The notes beneath the pieces are model-generated. The model did no database searches. It had not been told where the DNA came from and saw nothing but the letters and a program-made list of their open reading frames with translations. A stretch of DNA of 19,832 bases from Deltaproteobacteria bacterium. Lineage in GTDB: Bacteria > CG03 > SLGR01 > JBDRKX01. This document shows, in pieces, positions 16,079 to 19,832 of this stretch. The first letter of the stretch is position 1, and every line of letters begins with the position of its first letter. The stretch spans positions 1-19,832 of the forward strand of contig JAIVZN010000016.1 of assembly GCA_048634875.1 (NCBI GenBank), read 5' to 3'. Both the position numbers and the translations under genes were made by a program.

Positions 16079-16240
16079 CCCATTTGTTGCAATAGGAATG
16101 AAGAACCGAGATGAAAAAGACAAGTATTTATACAAGCCAAAAAGTGAAAAGCATACTGAGTAGTATGGGCAAGCTTTTTGGCGCCGTAGAAATGCTTGGA
16201 TTTTTTGTAGAATTCCATTGTCTATTGCAATAAATGGGTT
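16077..16240 (+). ncRNA. Candidate structured ncRNA, copy 2 (same family as 6892-7052)
   Basis: Closing helix aacccatttgttgcaatag/ctattgcaataaatgggtt (19 bp, one G.U pair on the + strand only); inner helix gccaaaaag/ctttttggc; hairpin catact-gagt-agtatg. The loop blocks are identical or near-identical to copy 1. Confidence 0.5.
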
Positions 16241-16246
16241 TAATAT

Positions 16247-16321
<75 letters not shown>

Positions 16322-16385
16322 GAAAGATAAATGATAAATAAAATGTAGTGGTGCGATTTATCGCACAAATTGTATTTAAGGTTAT

Positions 16386-16462
16386 CGGGATGTAGCGCAG
16401 TCTGGCAGCGCACTCGTCTGGGGGGCGAGTGGTCGCCGGTTCAAATCCGGCCATCCCGACCA
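16386..16462 (+). tRNA. tRNA-Pro (anticodon GGG), CCA encoded
   Basis: Acceptor cgggatg/catcccg, D-stem gcgc/gcgc, anticodon stem ctcgt/gcgag with loop CTGGGGG (G37), T-arm gccgg-TTCAAAT-ccggc, discriminator A. Confidence 0.9.
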
Positions 16463-16464
16463 AA

Positions 16465-16523
16465 TGTAAACGGAAAGTAGAAATGCACCACTCGCGGAAA
16501 ATAAAAGTGCACCAAATGAAGGA
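16465..16523. repeat. IS21 terminal inverted repeat (istB-proximal end)
   Basis: tgtaaacggaaagtagaaatgcaccactcgcggaaaataaaagtgcaccaaatgaagga matches the reverse complement of 18873-18932, with ~6 differences and 1 indel. Confidence 0.75.
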
Positions 16524-16531
16524 GTAATGGT

Positions 16532-17269
16532 TTATTCCTCCTTTTCTTTAATTCTAAAAGATTTACCGCTCAAATTAAACACCTTTGAATGATGTAATAG
16601 ACGGTCAAGCATTGCTACCGTCATTATTTCATCTCCCATCATTTCCGCCCAATCATCGAATTTCTTATTCGATGTGATAATGACTGATGATTTCTCATAC
16701 AATTCACTAATCAAATTAAAAAACAGATTTGCCTCCTTTCTTTCAATCGGCGTATAGCCGATTTCATCTATTACTGTAAGATCTGACTTTAATATACGAT
16801 TTATTCTAAATCCGGCACTTCTCTGAATGTCTGCCATCTTAAGGAGCTTGATCAAGTTATTTACCCTCTCAAAACAGACAGTATACCCAGCTTGCACAGC
16901 TTTCATGCCGATAGCTATTGAAAGATGAGTTTTCCCTAATCCGGGAGGTCCAAAAAACAGTATGTTTTCATGATTATCCAGCCAGGTGAAGTCCATAAGA
17001 TGGGATGTGTCGGATTTCGTAATACCTTTTACCCGTGAAAACATGAAATCTTCAAATTGTTTTTCTACAGGGAAATGAGCTCCGACTAGATTTCTCCTGA
17101 GTCTTCTTTCCGTCCTGAAATCCACCTCAGTTTTCAATATGTTGCCTAAGAAACTCAAATATGATATTTTCTTCTCTTCAGCTTCCGATATCTCGCTATC
17201 GAGATCGTTAGCTATGCCTTTAAGTTTCAAACTCTCAAGCAAGTGTACCATTTGCTGATATTTTTTCAT
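16532..17269 (-). CDS. istB: IS21-family helper ATPase IstB
   Basis: Walker A GPPGLGKTHL and Walker B LTVIDEIGY; 245 aa, typical IstB length. Confidence 0.9.
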   Translation of the reverse strand: MKKYQQMVHLLESLKLKGIANDLDSEISEAEEKKISYLSFLGNILKTEVDFRTERRLRRNLVGAHFPVEKQFEDFMFSRVKGITKSDTSHLMDFTWLDNHENILFFGPPGLGKTHLSIAIGMKAVQAGYTVCFERVNNLIKLLKMADIQRSAGFRINRILKSDLTVIDEIGYTPIERKEANLFFNLISELYEKSSVIITSNKKFDDWAEMMGDEIMTVAMLDRLLHHSKVFNLSGKSFRIKEKEE

Positions 17270-18816
17270 GACCGTGCCTCCGTTACCAGTTTGTGATAAT
17301 CTTCGATATTCCGGGTTTCTACCTGAAAAACCGGGTTTTTCTCTGAGATAGTCTTTAATTCCGGATTATTGCCGAGTTTGCAGTCCGGTATATCCAGTTC
17401 GGCTTCCTGCTTGCAATACAGGTATGTGTCATACAGATTTGCCATGCTATATGTCCGGTTATCAAGACATAGCTTGAGCGCTGGCTTTAGATATTCTGTA
17501 TTTATGCCGCTGGAGAACTTCTTCATCGCATCGCTGTACTGATCACGGAAGTATCGTGGGTACGTCTGATAATTCTTATCTATAAACACCTTCCATAATT
17601 CTAATGAAAACATACATTGCAATTTCTCTTTCAATTCTCGCTGCTGGGTTTCTTTGCGATAACTGCGGGTATGATTTACTACTTTTGTGCCGGGAATTGG
17701 GCATATCTCGTATTCCTGTATTTTCTCACTGGTGCGGATATCATAGATAAACAACATCTCGTTTGTCCTGTATATCTCTACTTCCCGGTTGCGGTAATCT
17801 TCCGGCACAGGATACTTGCATGAATTTACCGAGATAGTACCTAATGTGTCGACCTTGCGTTTTTCCCGTCCCACAGAGATATTGCTGCGGTATATCGAAT
17901 TCCTTAAAGGTCTCAGATGCTTTTTCTCCTCAGCAAACATTTCTCTGGGTATCCGTCGGGTAGCAAGCGATATCTTGCCATTGGCCCGGCGGCTGAGCCA
18001 TCTAAGACCCCGATCACAAGTTTCATCTATATCTTCAAAATCCCGGAGCCGGAGAAAGTTTCTTTTTATGAACTTGATCAAGTTCTCTATCTTGCCTTTA
18101 GTCTCGGGATCGCTCTTCCTGCATACATACATTTTCAGATCCATTTCTTCTCTGAAATGCCGGAAATCTTTTGTATATATTATGTCGCCATTGTTTTCTT
18201 TTAATACCATCACAGAATCCTGATCTATTACCAGTTCCTCCGGCATACCTCCCATATACTCAAAGCAATCCAGAAGATGGTTTATCAGATCCAGCGCAGT
18301 GAAATGTTCTGTTTGAAATGAGCAGTATTTGTAGCGGCTTGCGGATAATACTGCTCCAAATATATACAGTTTCAAGCCACTTCGTGTAAGATATTCACCA
18401 AAATCTATCTGCATCTGCTTGCCATAGGGCAATTCTTCAACAGGATAATATTTCCGGGGAGTTTCATTGAATATCAGTTGTCCTGTATCTGTCAGATAGT
18501 TGATGTAATTCCGGAAACATCTTTCTGTTCCAGGAAGATCCCCGCATTTCTCTTCAAGATAATCATATACTGCGGCTTTCTCAAGTTTCTGGAAATCATT
18601 TTCTCGGTATACATCTAAGATATTTGTCTTGAAGGGCTCGAATATCTTGGTTCGATTCCTCACAGTTTCTATATATCGGAGATATTGCTTCTCCGTCATA
18701 TCGAAATATTTTATTACCGTCCTCTTGTTTAAACCGGTTGTGCGGATAATGTCCGATTTGCTGAAACCACGCTTTTTGAAGTTCTGTATTCGCTGATACA
18801 TAATTTTGTTAACCAT
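17266..18816 (-). CDS. istA: IS21-family transposase IstA
   Basis: N-terminal helix-turn-helix followed by a DDE catalytic core; 516 aa; precedes and overlaps istB. Confidence 0.9.
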   Translation of the reverse strand: MVNKIMYQRIQNFKKRGFSKSDIIRTTGLNKRTVIKYFDMTEKQYLRYIETVRNRTKIFEPFKTNILDVYRENDFQKLEKAAVYDYLEEKCGDLPGTERCFRNYINYLTDTGQLIFNETPRKYYPVEELPYGKQMQIDFGEYLTRSGLKLYIFGAVLSASRYKYCSFQTEHFTALDLINHLLDCFEYMGGMPEELVIDQDSVMVLKENNGDIIYTKDFRHFREEMDLKMYVCRKSDPETKGKIENLIKFIKRNFLRLRDFEDIDETCDRGLRWLSRRANGKISLATRRIPREMFAEEKKHLRPLRNSIYRSNISVGREKRKVDTLGTISVNSCKYPVPEDYRNREVEIYRTNEMLFIYDIRTSEKIQEYEICPIPGTKVVNHTRSYRKETQQRELKEKLQCMFSLELWKVFIDKNYQTYPRYFRDQYSDAMKKFSSGINTEYLKPALKLCLDNRTYSMANLYDTYLYCKQEAELDIPDCKLGNNPELKTISEKNPVFQVETRNIEDYHKLVTEARS

Positions 18817-18872
18817 ATTTTAAGTACGCTCCTTATGATATTGTATTTCCATATCATTGAAGTGTACTTTTT

Positions 18873-18932
18873 TCCTTCAAAGTGGTGCACTTTTATTTTC
18901 CGCGGTAGGTGCATTTCTGTTTTCCGTTTACA
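18873..18932. repeat. IS21 terminal inverted repeat (istA-proximal end)
   Basis: Reverse complement of the 16465-16523 repeat; ends ...tttccgtttaca. Confidence 0.75.
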
Positions 18933-19011
18933 AGGAGCTACGACAGCACCAGCACCAGGAGCTATATCTATATGGGCTAATGGAGGAAGAGGGTGGACAA
19001 AACCAAATAAT

Positions 19012-19832
19012 ATGAATAAACAAACACGAGGAGTCAATAGTGCTAACCAGGAAAAGGCGGATACAAGTGAGGACGGGTATCAACAGGCATTGGCAGCAGA
19101 AACGGAATATGTAGATGCAATAAATGCAGCAATAATGGCAGAGATGGAAAAGATGGAAAAAGGATATGCAGCAATAAGGGCATCGCAAAAGGCAGCGTGG
19201 GAAGAGAGGGAAAAAGGATATGCAGCAATAAGGGCATCGCAAAAGGCAGCGTGGGAAGAGAGGGAAAAAGGATATGCAGCAAGAAGAGCAGGTAAGCCGG
19301 TGGGTAGACAGGAATTGGCAAAAGTAAAAAAAGCATATAAACAGATATGGGCAACGTATAAACAGGAATTGGCAAAAATAGGGGAAGCATATAAACAGAT
19401 ATGGGCAACGTTTAAACAGGAAAGAAAAGAAATAAGGGAAGAGTATAAAGAGAAAAGAGAAGAATTAAGGAAAGAGTATAAAGAGAAACAAACAGGATGG
19501 GGAAAACCAAAGAGAAACTATAAACATAAAAAGGCAGATACAGATGTGAAAGGGTATAGACAGAAATGGTCAGAATTAAGGGAAGAGTATAAAGAGGAAA
19601 GAAAAGAAATAAGGGAAGAGTATAAAGATGAAAGAAAAGAATTAAGAAAAGAGTATAAAGAGAAAAGAGGAGAATTAAGGGAAAAGTATAAACAAAAAGA
19701 AATATCAAGGGAAGAGTATAAAGATGAAAGAAAAGAATTAAGAAAAGAGTATAAAGAGGAAAGAAAAGAATTAAGAAAAGAGTATAAAGAGGAAAGAAAA
19801 GAAATAAGGGAAGAGTATAAAGAGAAAAGAAA
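19012..19832 (+). CDS. 3'-partial gene for an extremely charged (E/K/R/Y-rich) tandem-repeat protein. It contains 18-aa repeats (GYAAIRASQKAAWEEREK x2-3; QELAKxxxAYKQIWATxKQ x2) and then at least 11 copies of an 11-aa repeat ([ED][EK]RKE[IL]R[EK]EYK). It is absent from the ORF track because it has no in-window stop.
   Basis: I translated the + strand by hand from the ATG at 19012 (MNKQTRGVNSANQEK...) and found no stop through 19832. The strand is purine-rich. The - strand ORFs over this region are short, low-complexity and broken. Confidence 0.55.
   Translation, partial: MNKQTRGVNSANQEKADTSEDGYQQALAAETEYVDAINAAIMAEMEKMEKGYAAIRASQKAAWEEREKGYAAIRASQKAAWEEREKGYAARRAGKPVGRQELAKVKKAYKQIWATYKQELAKIGEAYKQIWATFKQERKEIREEYKEKREELRKEYKEKQTGWGKPKRNYKHKKADTDVKGYRQKWSELREEYKEERKEIREEYKDERKELRKEYKEKRGELREKYKQKEISREEYKDERKELRKEYKEERKELRKEYKEERKEIREEYKEKR
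19162..19832 (+). repeat. Tandem DNA repeats inside the CDS: 2 exact 54-nt units (19162-19269) plus a partial third; 2 near-identical 54-nt units (19309-19416); then a 33-nt period array (19417-19832)
   Basis: Direct inspection: ggatatgcagcaataagggcatcgcaaaaggcagcgtgggaagagagggaaaaa occurs twice exactly. The unit gaaagaaaagaa(t/a)taag(g/a)gaagagtataaaga(g/t) recurs with a 33-nt period. Confidence 0.85.

Larger units (their letters stand above)
16465..18932 (-). mobile_element. Intact IS21-family insertion sequence (2468 bp) with TGT...ACA termini
   Basis: istA and istB overlap by 4 nt (ATGA), as is typical of IS21. The element is flanked by ~59-60-bp imperfect inverted repeats that contain internal GTGCACC/ATGCACC repeats. 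Confidence 0.85.

Noticed and set aside
6892-16240. The two ~160-nt repeats as ends of a composite transposon or MITE pair bracketing 9 kb
   Set aside because: The intervening genes are core housekeeping genes (hflX, der, plsY, gpsA). The repeats are direct, not inverted. Their helices covary rather than being sequence-identical termini. There are no flanking duplications.
17617-18223. Three + strand small ORFs inside the IS21 element
   Set aside because: They are antisense to istA and are low-complexity; IstA and IstB account for the element.
16457-18940. Target-site duplication for the IS21 insertion
   Set aside because: I compared 4-8-bp flanks (cgaccaaa versus aggagcta) and found no direct repeat, so none is annotated.
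18928-19708. Three - strand ORFs (18928-19242, 19043-19408, 19412-19708) encoding Leu/Pro/Phe/Tyr-rich low-complexity peptides
   Set aside because: They are antisense readings of the purine-rich tandem repeats. The frame is broken into pieces. The + strand instead carries one uninterrupted frame through all repeat types, which I take as the real gene.

Overview
This is a low-GC bacterial chromosomal window. It carries tRNA genes and lipobox (lipoprotein) signal peptides; the partial 5' gene looks like a surface or outer-membrane protein on composition alone. Three blocks are visible. The first is a + strand accessory block (1-6908): a partial surface/outer-membrane-like protein with a clean rho-independent terminator, a flavodoxin/4Fe-4S fusion, a TIGR00725(LOG-like) gene translationally coupled to dtd, and a run of three exported proteins that includes a Memo1-like/AMMECR1-like fusion lipoprotein. 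The second is a divergent pair: on the - strand a small 2x[4Fe-4S] ferredoxin followed by a 713-aa polytopic membrane protein with an embedded spermidine-synthase-like domain; on the + strand a long housekeeping operon (SPFH/band-7, hflX, pgsA, der, plsY, gpsA) followed by HU/IHF and a MerR-family gene. The third block is tRNA-Gly(CCC), tRNA-Pro(GGG), an intact IS21-family insertion sequence (istA-istB with ~59-bp imperfect terminal inverted repeats) sitting 2 nt after the tRNA-Pro CCA end, and a 3'-partial gene for an extremely E/K/R-rich tandem-repeat protein that the ORF track missed because it runs off the window. The most notable unannotated signal is a ~160-nt element present twice (6892-7052 and 16077-16240). 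Its single-stranded blocks are conserved in sequence while its three helices change by compensatory substitutions, the signature of a structured ncRNA. I could not assign it to a known family. No CRISPR array was found.
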